This document shows positions 1 through 12,633 of a DNA stretch of 64,000 nt, piece after piece. The notes under the pieces are model-generated. The model was not told the origin of the DNA, made no database searches, and worked only from the letters and a program-made list of their open reading frames with translations. The first letter of the stretch is position 1; every line of letters begins with the position of its first letter. The translations under genes and the position numbers were made by a program. Location: positions 4,114,244-4,178,243 of the forward strand of contig MU058463.1 in assembly GCA_013265495.1 (NCBI GenBank), read 5' to 3'. This DNA comes from Vicugna vicugna (Eukaryota).

Positions 1-2587
1 GAAAAGAATTATGAAGGTTATTAATGAATGAATACTTAATATGTAACATTTTTATTAATTTTTTTGAATGTGCTAAATTTTTATCCTTTCCTGAATTATT
101 TTTCCTTCAGAATTCTTTTGAGATTCAAAAAAGTGTCACTTAAACTTACACATGATAAACATAAACATTAAACAAAATTAAGTGATGAATGTGAAAGTAT
201 TTGTCATCTAAAGCTTTTGACAAAATGTCTGTTTATAGATACTTCAAGCAGCCACAACATGACCATTTTTAGTAATACTACCTGCCTCAAAACTTTTGAA
301 ACCCAAATGAAGAAGATAAACATCAATTAGCTATCATATGGGTTTATCAAACTTAACTAACTTGACATATGCATTTTTTTAAATATAAGAAATATATTTT
401 GGAAAAGTAAAATTTTCAGCAGGATTTAGTTGTAATTTGACAAATACATCTCAGGAAGTAAGCTCATTATTTATGTGCCTAGAGTCCAACAGGTATTCAA
501 CCGTCACCACTTACAGATCTTAAAAAAGTATTCACCATTACTCGAAGCATAGGAACAAGGTATACAGCTGCCGTATTTTTCTAACCCTCTCGCTGTGATG
601 AACATTTTTGCTAGCATCAGACAATCAATGTTCCTGATATTTGAAAGATTCAGTTGTTTCACTAACCACAGAGGGTATTTCCCTTATGAGTATTTGTGCA
701 TCATTAATTTAGAAAGCAAACCTCTTTCAATTCATGAATTGATCTTTTAGAGAGAGGAATGCCAGATATAAAAGATTTACTACTTATTTGTCTAGATTCA
801 CCATGATGTGTGGTTCAGCTTATGAAATAAATGTGATGATGAAGGTGTTTCCAGCTACTAGCATAATAACAAAAACTAGTGCTCCAGATATCACTCATCA
901 GAATTAGTGGCAAGGACTAGACTGATGTTTAATTCTGCCAAATACAATATATTGGTTTATAAAATCTGACCCTTACAGAACAATGGCTACTGTCACCTCT
1001 GCCCTCTGGCCGTGGGAGCCATTAAAGTAAAAAGTAAATTTTCAGAGAATCTGAAGATTTATGACTAGCAGAAGAAAAAAAAATAAGAAAATAGGAATTT
1101 GTTTACTCATTTAACAGATATTTATTGGACACTTACCGTACTGACCCATTCTTGACATTACATCAGTGAAGAGTAGTAACAGACAAGGATACAGCCCTCG
1201 CAGGCCTTCCATCAGGAGGCAGGCTCTCCGGCAATACTCTCTTGTGGTGCAGATAGCTAGGGTGCGAGTGTAAACACACACACGTGCAAGAGAGCCAAAA
1301 AACACTTCCCAATGTTATCCAAATTTCTTCATATTCCTTTTTTAAAAAAGAAAGAACTACAGTATAACCAGTTAACAGATTCATCTCAATTTACTAAGTG
1401 CCCTTTTTCAAAAAATATAAATGCTTTTAGCAAGGTTTATGGATTTTCAGTTTTTCATACCACTTGAATCATTTCAGTCAGGTTGCTTTCCTCCTAACAG
1501 TGAACTAATATCACTTGTACTAAGGGCAGGAATTTTTATTTTAGGGAGGATTATCTTTCCTCCCTAAAATAAATCTTGAAGGTTGTACCACCTCCTGGCG
1601 GCAAAGACCACCTGGCTCTAATGTCTCAAAGGGAAGCATGAAGTAGTAGGAAAGAGAGATACTGAATGAGGGCCAGGATGCCAAATACAAATGCTGTCCA
1701 GGTATGCAAATCATCTAGTGCTTTGCCTAGTAAAGAGCAGATGATTTTTCTTTGTATCCTTATATTCTGTTATTCCGCTGACTCCCTGATTCAAGGTCCC
1801 GCAGTTCAGATTTGTACTTCTAATTCTGAGGGTCCTGCCATTTTTCTTCTTTCCAAGGCAACACAGGCTCTTGAGTCCTAACCAGCTAAGCTTATGAACT
1901 ACCTAAGCTTATAGGATACACTCTTTTTGTAAATAATAGACTGCCTGAATTGCATGCAATTAAATAATAGCTTTAGAACATTCATATGTTCATTATAAAT
2001 TATTGTAATATAATTATTAGAATATTAGAATTACTAAAATATGTCTCCTAAACAGCCCTTTATTAGCCTAATTGGATTTATTTGTGTACTTGAAAAGGGG
2101 TAAGTGTATCTATACATATTCCACTTCCTAATTCAACAAGACCTACACTTTTACCCTAATAAAGATGAGTGGTATTTACTGGAAATTTAGCTCTACTACT
2201 TCATATATTTAAAAGTACATGTTCCCATAATTTCTTATTCCAAAAATTTAGTTATGGTTTTTTTCTGTCTAGTCCCTCACTGAATTGAAATTGTAGCTAA
2301 TGATTTTATTAGGGCTGAAGTTCAGCTATCACGGATAAGTCGTACTGGTACCCAGGTGCTATTTGTTCAGCATTTATTTAGAATGGTTTTTGAGTGGAAA
2401 TGGTCATATAATGACATAACCGAAATTTGATGAGAAATAGTCCCCCCCTTTTCCTTCATTCTTCAAGTATTTTTGTCTGTGACGAGCAGTACAGATTTTT
2501 TTAGCTGTGTTTTTTATTTCATTGTTTAGTGGCTAAATCAGCAGTAAGTTCTAATTAACAAGTTTCACTATGAAATGGACCATACAG

Positions 2588-4228
2588 GTGACCGAGGAAC
2601 TATCTCAACACCTAGACCAGTCTGTACATCAGGAAAATCAGAACTGTCCTCCAAACACAGCAGAACACTTAAACCTGATGGACGTATGAGCCGGACCACT
2701 GCTGATCAGAAGAAGCCCAGGGGTACAGAAGGTTTATCGGCCAGCGAATCTCTCATGTTGAAATCTGACGCTGCCAAGTTGAGGTCAGATTCTCACAGTC
2801 GGTCACTGTCCCCGAACCATAACACCCTACAGACACTGAAATCTGATGGGAGAATGTCTTCTAGCCTCAGAGCTGAATCCCCAGGACCAGGTTCTCGGCC
2901 ATCATCTCCTAAGCCAAAGACCCTCCCCGCCAACAGGTCTAGCCCATCTGGTGCTAGTTCTCCACGCTCCTCCTCACCACATGAGAAAAATCTACCTCAG
3001 AAGAGCACTGCTCCTGTTAAGACGAAACTTGATCCCCCTCGAGAACGTTCCAAATCAGACTCTTACACACTTGACCCAGATACCCTCCGCAAGAAGAAGA
3101 TGCCGCTCACGGAACCACTAAGGGGACGATCAACATCGCCAAAACCAAAACCAGTCCCAAAAGATGCTAAAGAGTCCTCTGGATCCGAAAATAGAGCCCC
3201 TTCTCCCCATGTGGTACAAGAAAACCTCCACAGTGAAGTGGTTGAAGTCTGTACTTCAAGTACTTTAAAAACAAACAGTCTAACAGACAGCACCTGTGAT
3301 GAAAGCAGTGAGTTTAAGAGTGTGGATGAAGGTTCAAATAAAGTTCATTTCAGCATAGGAAAAGCACCACTGAAAGATGAACAGGAAATGAGAGCATCCC
3401 CTAAAATAAGTCGAAAATGTGCAAATAGGCATACCAGGCCCAAGAAGGAAAAATCTAGCTTTCTCTTCAAAGGAGATGGAGCCAAACCTTTAGAGCCGGC
3501 CAAGCAAGCCATGTCCCCTTCTGTGGCTGAGTGTGCCAGAGCAGTCTTTGCCTCTTTCCTGTGGCACGAAGGCATAGTGCACGATGCAATGGCTTGTTCT
3601 TCTTTCTTAAAATTTAATCCTGAACTTTCCAAAGAGCATGCTCCTATAAGAAGTAGTCTAAACAGCCAGCAGCCTACAGAAGAAAAGGAAACCAAATTAA
3701 AAAACAGACACTCATTGGAAATATCATCTGCACTGAATATGTTTAATATTTCACCTCATGGACCAGATATATCTAAAATGGGTAGTATCAACAAAAATAA
3801 GGTATTGTCTATGCTGAAGGAACCTCCTCTGCATGAAAAATGTGAAGATGGGAAGACTGAAGCCACTTTTGAAATGTCCATGCATCACCCAATGAAGTCC
3901 AAGTCTCCTCTTCCCTTAACTCTACAACATTTAGTGGCTTTTTGGGAAGACATCTCTTTGGCTACTATCAAAGCAGCTTCCCAGAATATGATTTTTCCAA
4001 GTCCTGGTTCTTGTGCAGTCCTTAAAAAGAAAGAGTGTGAGAAAGAGAATAAAAAGGCCAAGAAAGAAAAAAAGAAAAAAGACAAGACAGAAGTTCGGCC
4101 CAGGGGTAATTTGTTTGGTGAGATGGCCCAGCTGGCAGTAGGAGGCCCAGAGAAAGACACCATCTGTGAGCTGTGTGGAGAGTCCCATCCGTACCCAGTG
4201 ACGTACCACATGAGACAGGCTCACCCCG
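2588..4228 (+). CDS. MYCBP2: MYCBP2 large internal exon (1641 nt, phase 1-1): Ser/Pro-rich region, Lys-rich NLS-like stretch
   Basis: catacag|GT GAC CGA ... CAC CCC G|gtaagc; translation (G)DRGTISTPRP...HMRQAHP matches recalled MYCBP2. Confidence 0.93.
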
Positions 4229-4688
4229 GTAAGCGACGTTACTGAATATATACAAGTACTTTCATGCAAAAACAAATTAGGTCACTTCTGACTTAATCTG
4301 TTCTGTGAAGAGTGTCAAAGTACAGGGAAGCCATTGCCCAGAATTTGTAGTATCTTCTAATGTAATTTTTAAAGTGCATTATCAATATAGGTTTTGTGAA
4401 GACTAGGTGAAGCTCAAATAGTATGATGGTAAAGCGATGTAGTGCTATTTCATTTTAGTGTGTCACATTCAAATAGTGCTTACTTTTCAAATGTTGTATA
4501 TGTTACTCAAAGGATACTGTTAAGTTGTCTCACACAGTAGGAATAATATGTCTATAGACTTTAGGTTTCCTTTGGTTGTAGTGTTTTCTTGTTCAGAATT
4601 TCAAATTAAATTACTTTATACTGATTTATTTGGGCATTTTCCTGTGGAAGAGATATTATCAATGGTTTCAACAGAAGGCAGTATTTTA

Positions 4689-4877
4689 CAGACAGAAAAC
4701 AAACATACAGTTACCAGGGGGGAAAGGAGGTGGGGAGAGATAAATTAGGGTTTAAAATTTGCAGATACTAACTACTATATATAAAATAGATACACAACCA
4801 ATTTCTTCTGTACAGCCCAGGGAACTATATTCAATGTCTTGTAGTAATCTATAATGAAAAAGAATATGAAAACAAAT

Positions 4878-4909
<32 letters not shown>

Positions 4910-4931
4910 CTGAAACATTATGCTAACAAAT

Positions 4932-4967
<36 letters not shown>

Positions 4968-5032
4968 GAAACATTATGCTGTACAGCAGAAATTGACCCA
5001 TCATTGTAAACTAACTATACTTCAGTGAAAAA
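4689..5032 (+). mobile_element. 5'-truncated L1 3'UTR fragment with ~16-bp TSD
   Basis: L1 3' end motifs (gggaactatattcaa, tgtaaactaactatacttca); flanks AGAAGGCAGTATTTTA (4673-4688) and AGAAGACAGTATTTTA (5033-5048). Confidence 0.8.
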
Positions 5033-5502
5033 AGAAGACAGTATTTTAGATAAATACAACTATTTCTATAACAATTGATTACTATTCCAAAATTCACCTA
5101 TTATGAATTTGGGTAAATTTTTTTCTCTTCCTACATATTATGTTGAAACGTTGTAAAGGGTGTAATTTATAAAATACATCATTTTTACAGAATATTTTGT
5201 ATCTATTTTTTCTGATTTTTTTGGCATACTTAAGTAAATCTAAATGCACCCACCTTTTATATTTCTCTTCATCTGCCTTTGTAGAGTATCTTCAGTATTT
5301 TAGGCATCATTTAATTGATTGCTTTTTGATCACCCATGCTATTTTGCTGATATAATTAACAGGCTGGAAAAAAAAGTTAGATACTTGCTTCAGTATTTTG
5401 CTTACTTTGATGAGGGAAATCTGTCATTTGTAAATAAGTGGCAAAGATCAGACTATTAAGGATACTTAAAGTGTTAAGTTTTATTTATGTTCTTATTTCA
5501 AG

Positions 5503-5672
5503 GTTGTGGCCGGTATGCTGGTGGACAAGGTTACAATAGCATTGGGCATTTTTGTGGAGGATGGGCTGGTAACTGTGGTGATGGAGGCATAGGAGGAAGC
5601 ACGTGGTATCTGGTGTGTGATCGCTGTAGAGAAAAATACCTCCGTGAAAAACAGGCTGCTGCAAGGGAGAAG
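5503..5672 (+). CDS. MYCBP2: MYCBP2 exon (G)CGRYAGGQG...AAAREK
   Basis: ttcaag|GTTGT...GAGAAG|gtattt; phase 1-0, continues frame. Confidence 0.96.
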
Positions 5673-5952
5673 GTATTTTATTTTGTTCTGGCTATACTGG
5701 TAATGATAAGTACAAACCGTATAAAAATCTCATTTTATGATCATATTATCAGACAATTCCACATAATTGACATTAAGATCAATTTTTACAGTAGGAATTA
5801 TGTACAAATTTGATTTATATACCAGATCAGCTGTTTTTAATTACAAATGTTAATTATATCTTGAGATAACACAAAATAGCTAACCTATAGCACACATGCC
5901 TTAGTGACAGATGTTTATTTTGTAATTTTTTTATTATTGTCTGCTACTCTCC

Positions 5953-5979
5953 ATATATATATATATATATATATATATA
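5953..5979. repeat. (AT)n microsatellite
   Basis: About 13 perfect units. Confidence 0.95.
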
Positions 5980-6433
5980 GCTTTCCCTCTTTATCTTTAT
6001 CTCTCTTAACTCTCTTTTTCTTTTTCCTTCTTCTACTCTTTATCTCCTCTCTTTTTTTCTTAATCCCTATTTATGTTGTAGAACCAAAAGAAATTTAAGA
6101 TCAGTCACACTAGTGGCAAACCTAACTAAAAATGTTTGCTGAATACACACAAATTATTTACTTTTTTTAAAAAAAATTACATTTATAGTTTACTAGTTAG
6201 GTTTTAAACTCTCCCAAGGAAAGGAAAAAATACAGTTTGTGTTTGATATAAAATAGTTCCAGTCAGTTCAGGAGAAGCATGAAGTGAATGTTGTTTTTGG
6301 TGATCACTGTTACTATTTTAAAGTAGTTCTACAAGTGTTTAATAATTGTTATTAGAAACTCAAAATATTTAGGTTAAGAAATTTGAAATTTGAATCTAAG
6401 TAGGAAAAGATCCCTACACATTTTCTTTGCCAG

Positions 6434-6678
6434 GTCAAACAGTCTAGGAGGAAGCCACTGCAAGTCAAGACCCCTCGTGCCTTGCCCACCATGGAAGCTC
6501 ACCAGGTGATTAAAGCCAACGCCCTCTTCCTGCTGTCCCTGAGCAGTGCAGCCGAGCCAAGCATTCTGTGTTACCATCCTACAAAGCCATTCCAGTCTCA
6601 GCTTCCCAGCGTCAAAGAGGGCATTTCTGAGGATCTTCCGGTTAAAATGCCTTGTCTCTACCTGCAGACATTAGCTAG
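6434..6678 (+). CDS. MYCBP2: MYCBP2 exon VKQSRRK...YLQTLA(R)
   Basis: tgccag|GTC...GCTAG|gtaata; phase 0-2. Confidence 0.96.
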
Positions 6679-6904
6679 GTAATATGACTTGACTATTTTT
6701 TTTTAATCACTTTGGATTAACAGCTCCTGTTGATTACTACAGAATATGTCTCAGAAAGTAAGACTTTAGCTATCTTTTACTCTTTGGTAAGTTGACTTTA
6801 GTCTGTTAATGGTGGGAAGTGATAAAATGGAACAAAACTGCTTTTGCTGTCAAAATCTTTGATTTTTCAAATTTTTAATTCTATTAGCATTTAAATGTTA
6901 GTTA

Positions 6905-7480
6905 GCCGGTTACCAGCTTTGTGCTACACCTTGAAGACACCAAGACGAATATAATAAAACCCTGACTTCTGTGTGTTCACACTCTGCTGGCGACAGATAT
7001 GCAAATGAAACATTTAAATGTTACGTGCAGAGTGCTGTGATAGAAGTGTGTGTAGGACACTATCGGAACATAAAAGATAGAGGGCACCTGAGTCTTCCCA
7101 AGGCCATCAAGAAAGATTTCCCAGAGGACCTGACATTTTAGCAGAGTCTTGAAGGATAAATAGAAATCAATCAAGCAGGTGATGGGAGGAAAGCTGTTCC
7201 TTCCCATATTTCTTCATATGTGAAGACACAGTGAAATAGCTTCACCACAGGCTTATTAAAGCATTGGTTACCAGGAGAAACAGATGAAATGCCCTAGAAG
7301 TGGTTCCCCAGGACTGGGTGATGTGAGGCTCTGTAGCCCAGGCTAAGGTTGGATTTTATCGCATACACTGAGGAAGAACTTTAAACAAGGAAACGCATGA
7401 ACTGGTTTGCAGTGAGACAGTCACTCTGCTACTGATGTGGAAACTGGATCAAAGGGCATAACCGAAGGTGGGGAGAAGCC
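6905..7480 (-). mobile_element. Degraded LINE-2 fragment
   Basis: Purine-rich sequence resembling the reverse complement of the L2 3' region. Confidence 0.5.
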
Positions 7481-8471
7481 TGTTAATAGTATACTATTTT
7501 CCCATATTGAGATTGGCTGGTACAACCCATACGTCCATACATTATATGCTGATACTCTAGAACAGCATATAATTTCATAGACCAAATTCAGATTTTTTTT
7601 TTTTAATCATCTGACAAATGAAGATTTCTAGAAGTCGCCTGCTGGTGTGACTTAACCCACAGTTCCATTTTAAGAAGCAGAGCTATGTAGTTTGTTTGTT
7701 TTTGTACTTATTATTCAATAAAATGGGAAACAAAAATGAAAATATGAGACTAAGTACACTTGGGATGGTGGTGGAAATCATCAGGAATGTCAAGTGCAAC
7801 AAGTCTGTCGCTTCAGTCATATCGCTTACTGTGCTTAGGTTAACACCTCTCTGTTCTGGTCTGAAAAGGATAGAGTCAAATGATAAAAGATATAAAAAAT
7901 GCTGGCATACCCTAATTGTGGGTATTTTTATTTTTAGCTCTCTGGCAAATACATATCCCCCTACCTCATGGAACATTTCATATTTCTAATCTTTTTCAAA
8001 TTTCACTCTTATATATGTTCCTACCAAAAAGGTCACTGCCTGTGCTTCTGCAGTCCATGCAAGAAGCATCATGAGCCTGAAGCAAGGCAGTGATGATGGG
8101 GAAGGAGAAGAGAGAATAGTGAGGGGAAACCGGGCATTCACAGTGCCAAGCCTGCTGTACACTGAGACACGTTAGCTTGAGACACCTGGATCGCTGGTGG
8201 GGTCATTCACTAAAACACTGGAAGATGGAAAGGTTCTCAGAAGGAAAGAAAGTATGTTCAATTTCGGTTTGAAATGTTTGTGGTACCTGGAATATCTATG
8301 TGTAAAGTTGTCAGATTTTTATTTCCTCTTACTTACATCTATGACTGTTTTAATACTTTAATCCTCAATTATAGACTTAATGTGTTGCTTTTACTTATAC
8401 GAAGGGGATTAAAAATGGAAAATACCTGTATTGCCATCATACTTTAAGTTATCGGGTTTAATTTAATGCAG

Positions 8472-8639
8472 GCATCACCATGAAAATTTTGTGGGTTATC
8501 AAGATGACAACCTGTTCCAGGATGAAATGAGATACCTGCGTTCAACTTCGGTACCTGCCCCATACATATCCGTGACTCCTGACGCAAGTCCTAATGTGTT
8601 TGAAGAACCCGAGAGCAACATGAAGTCCATGCCACCGAG
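8472..8639 (+). CDS. MYCBP2: MYCBP2 exon HHHENF...KSMPP(S)
   Basis: atgcag|GCAT...CCGAG|gtattt; 168 nt, phase 2-2. Confidence 0.95.
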
Positions 8640-9465
8640 GTATTTGAGTTATCTTCTTTCTGTTGAAGTCCAGTGTTTAGCAAAAGAAAGACTTTAAACT
8701 AGAAGAGAATGCTCTAGAAGTCCTTTTGTACCTCCTTCCATCTCAGGAAGGAAGGTTGTGTCAGCTCTGCTCACCGTTAGAGCAGTAAGAAAAAGCCTGT
8801 ATACATGAGTCAGATAAGGTCTTTGATAGCAGAGACCAGCTGGAGAGAAAAGATCAACTAATGAAGTAATACAAGATTCCACTATGTGACATTATATCTT
8901 TTAGTGCTTTAGAAACTCAGACTAGAGAAAGGTCACTTTGAGGCAGTGCTTAGAGAAGGGGTCTTAGGGGAAGTAGCTCTGAAAGTAAATCTTGAGCTTC
9001 TTGGATTATTACTTGCAATGCTTCCCTCAACCTGGCCCTTTATATTATAGCATCAGAGTAAAGGGCTTCTTGGAGACTGAAGAGCAGCATTTAAATATAA
9101 TGCAGAAAGGTACCAGTGAGACTTTTTAAAGGAGGACTAACTGGTAAAAAAAATGCAGAGATAGTCAGCTTCACAGTATCAACTGAGAAGCTGAAAATTT
9201 TAATCAAAGATTTCAGCTAAGTGTGTGAAAATGGATTGTGTTGGCAATGGTTATGAAAAAAGATGGGTAAAGGAAATATTTTGTAGGAAAAATCAGTGTG
9301 ACTTGTTGACTAACTAGGTAATGAAAAGGATAAGTTTAGGATAACATCAAGATTTCAGGCATGAATAACTGTGAACATGATGTCACTGGAAAGGAACATA
9401 CTTGCTGAAGGAAGAAAGAAGACATGCTGCTGTTCATTCTACGCAGTCATAAGTATGCACTAATA

Positions 9466-9731
9466 CAGGCAGACCTCATTTTATCACACTTCACTTGTAC
9501 TGCGGTTTTTACAAATTGTGGCAGCCCTGCGTCGTTAGGTGATAGCATTTTTAGCAATAAAGTATTTTTAAATTAAGGTACGTACATTGTGTTTTTTCAG
9601 ACATAATGCTATCGCACACTTACTAGACTACAGTACAGTGCAACCATAATTTTCATATGCCCTGGGAAATCAGAAAATTTCATGTAACTCTCTTTGTTGT
9701 GGTGTTCTGGAACCAAACCTGCAACATCTGC
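9466..9731 (+). mobile_element. Tigger1-derived non-autonomous DNA transposon (internally deleted)
   Basis: TA|CAGGCAGACCTC start; ttagcaataaagtatttttaaattaagg...ctggaaccaaacctgcaa resembles Tigger1 3' end. Confidence 0.75.
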
Positions 9732-11035
9732 CAATAGTTTAGGTAAAACCCTCTAGAGTAGAAGCCCTTTGTATTATCACTGGTGTCACGGAAGAAACTA
9801 GAGATCTTGTAGGGAGTCCTGTTTTCCACAGCTCCCTGCTGGAGAAGAGTAACAATGCAGGGCCCCAGGGGATGCTGCCACAGGAGTAGGATATCTACCA
9901 ACTGGCTGGAATGGTCCCTGGGATAGACTGTGGGGAAGTCCACCCCTGCTTTTCAGAACAAAGAGAAGACCTGGACAGAGCTGCCCACTGTAAGCAGGAA
10001 GAAAATGAAAATAAACAATATGTCTTACAAGTCACATGAAGAACCCAATCTAAAAGAAAGCTCTCTCAAGGATGAACAGAAAATTTCTATAACTACTCTG
10101 CAGTACTGAAAAACTTGATAAAATAAATTTAATAAAACAAAAGCCCAAGTGTGATAATAAGATCAAAAGCAGAATGAGGTAAAAATATACATTACAGAGC
10201 TAAGAGGACAGACATCCACACCATTGTAAGACTAATTAATGTCTTAGAAATGTTTAGAATAATAAATTGAATTATTAACATAAAGGAAAAATGTAAGATA
10301 ATCATAATGAGTAAAGAGTAAAAGTACGAAAAGATTATAGCAATGACAGCCAAGATAACAGGTATGGAAGCAGGACAATCTGAGGTGGGAGTAACTGGTT
10401 CTTTAAAGTAGAAAAACCAGCAAATACAACTGAAGATTTATCTAAAGTTAAAATATTAAAAAAAAAAATAACTTCCCCAAATAACAAAGTACTAAACTTC
10501 CAGATTAAAAGGACATTTTTATAACAGGTGACTATAAGATATTAAAACTTTTTTTTGGAAAAAAAAAACCAAGAATTTTTTCATGTGTCTAAGAATAGAA
10601 AAACAAGTCATTTTGCAAAAGGAAGATTAGACTGAGTTCAGACTTCTGTATGACAACTTTGAATGAAAGAAATGAAACAATGTCTCTAAAACTCCAAAAT
10701 AAAGAAAATGCCACCTTAGAGGTTTTGCTCAGTCACTCAGACATACTCAAATATAAAAGATCTTGAAAACAGTAGAACCTAATTATGGATGAATGGAATG
10801 AATCAAATGATTAATGAAAAGTTACGTTTAAAAAATGCTACTATTCATGTAAGTGTAATTTTCACAGAATCCTAAATAAACAAAACTATGACCCAAGTGT
10901 TTTACATTTAGCCAGGTTGAGACATTCTCAGGCATACAGTAATTTGAGAATATAGCACCTTTGAGCTGTTCTTTCAAAAAATCTTTACAAACTCAAGCTG
11001 CTATAAAAGGGAATGAATAATGAATCCATTAAATC

Positions 11036-11216
11036 AATGGTTTTCAACATGGGGTGATTTTGCCTCTGAGATGACATTTGACAAAGTTTGAAAACATTTT
11101 TGTCATAAACATGCTGGTTCCACAGGCATCCTGGTGGGTAGAGGCCAGGGATGTTGCTAAACATCCCCCAGTACACAAGACAGGCCCCGACAACAAGGAA
11201 TTGTCTGGCCCAAAGT
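11036..11216 (+). mobile_element. MER20-like hAT-Charlie element
   Basis: ggggtgattttgcc...gggtagaggccagggatgttgctaaacatcc...aaggaattgtctggcccaaa. Confidence 0.75.
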
Positions 11217-12475
11217 AGCCAAGTTTGGGTTAATGATGGTCCTCTTTGTTTCCCTTGGGTTTTCTTGCGTTGCTTGAGTTTTTTCACAAGCATGATCATT
11301 TTTAAAAGAAGAAGTCATTGTTTCTTAGGTTGTGCAAGAATTTTTTTAAGTTGATAAACTTCCTCTGAAAGCAGAACAGATGTCTTGTGCTTTATAGTGA
11401 CACCATATATAAAGTGAATTAAGTTAAACATATCCCTATCATTGTGGAACCAAACAGCCCAAACTGACATCCAGGCACCTTTACTCCAATTAATTATGTA
11501 CAACATTTATAGACTATTCAAACAAGAATGTGCACACACTTAGGTAGTGAGTAAAGAGAATGGCCAGGGAGTTGGCCACTTACTAGAAAATACATAAACT
11601 TTACTGAGGGACATAGGATTTTTAAACCTTGCTTGAATGGTGGAAAAGAAACAACTTTAGAACTCAGGGTGAACAAAAATATCCCAGTTTGGAATGAGGT
11701 GACAGAGAAAAGAATACCTGAAAAAAAGTAGTTTGTAAATTTGTCTTAGAAAGTAAGGAAAGGTGTTTCTCTTTTTTATAAAATGCCTCAGTGAAGGAAA
11801 TTATATAACCATCTTAATACCTTTTCCAGTGTTTTTTAATGCTACTATAGTAAATAGAAAAATTGTTGGTTTATTAAAACCCTCTTGAAAACCATTGAGT
11901 TCTCATATAGGATGTAAGTATCATCTAACTCTGACCCTGGAAATCAGTTTGTTACTTCTTGTTACACTTTGTTGTGGCCGTGCTCTGGATGGGGCTTTGG
12001 GCAGCATGTCACAAGAATGAGAACTAGCACCAAAAGAAAATTGCATCCTTTCACTTCCGTTTTATTATGTTTCTGTATGTACATATCCATTTTCTTTCCA
12101 CTCAGGGCTCTTAATGGATATATCTGCCTGTTTCTTCTGAATATCATGACACATGTCTTCTCCCACAGTGCTTTTGATTCTGAAAGGAGCTTAGAACATT
12201 TGGTGCCTTTTCTTCTTTTTTTCATGTAAAATGCAAAGCAGACTTAAGAAAACCAAAATTTTTAAGATGCAGTTCTGAAATCAGTCAAAATGTGACTACA
12301 TTTGGAAAGATCAAATTATGATTTAAAAAGAAGTTGTCAAGTTGACTTTGAATTTGTATTCTTCCACATGAAATGTAGGCTCACATACTTGACTGCACTG
12401 TTATAAACTAAATATAGTGTCACATCATTCACTTTTTCTCCTGAGTTTTTATCTGTCATCTTGTTCTGTCTGCAG

Positions 12476-12633
12476 TTTGGAAACTAGTCCCATAACTGAT
12501 ACTGATCTCGCCAAGAGAACTGTCTTCCAAAGATCATACTCAGTTGTTGCTTCTGAATATGATAAACAACACTCCATTTTACCTGCACGAGTTAAAGCCA
12601 TCCCTAGAAGAAGAGTTAACAGTGGAGACACTG
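12476..12633 (+). CDS. MYCBP2: MYCBP2 exon LETSPITD...VNSGDT
   Basis: ctgcag|TTTG...ACTG|gtaagt; phase 2-1. Confidence 0.96.

Noticed and set aside
833..925. Possible C/D snoRNA (GTGATGA ... CTGA)
   Set aside because: No convincing terminal stem, C'/D' boxes or recognisable guide; motifs expected by chance
2575..2587. ATG start of the 556-aa ORF as a standalone gene
   Set aside because: It is an internal MYCBP2 exon; MDHT and the terminal KRRY are intronic read-through
3063..4275. Antisense ORFs overlapping the large exon
   Set aside because: Shadow ORFs of a coding exon, with no independent signals
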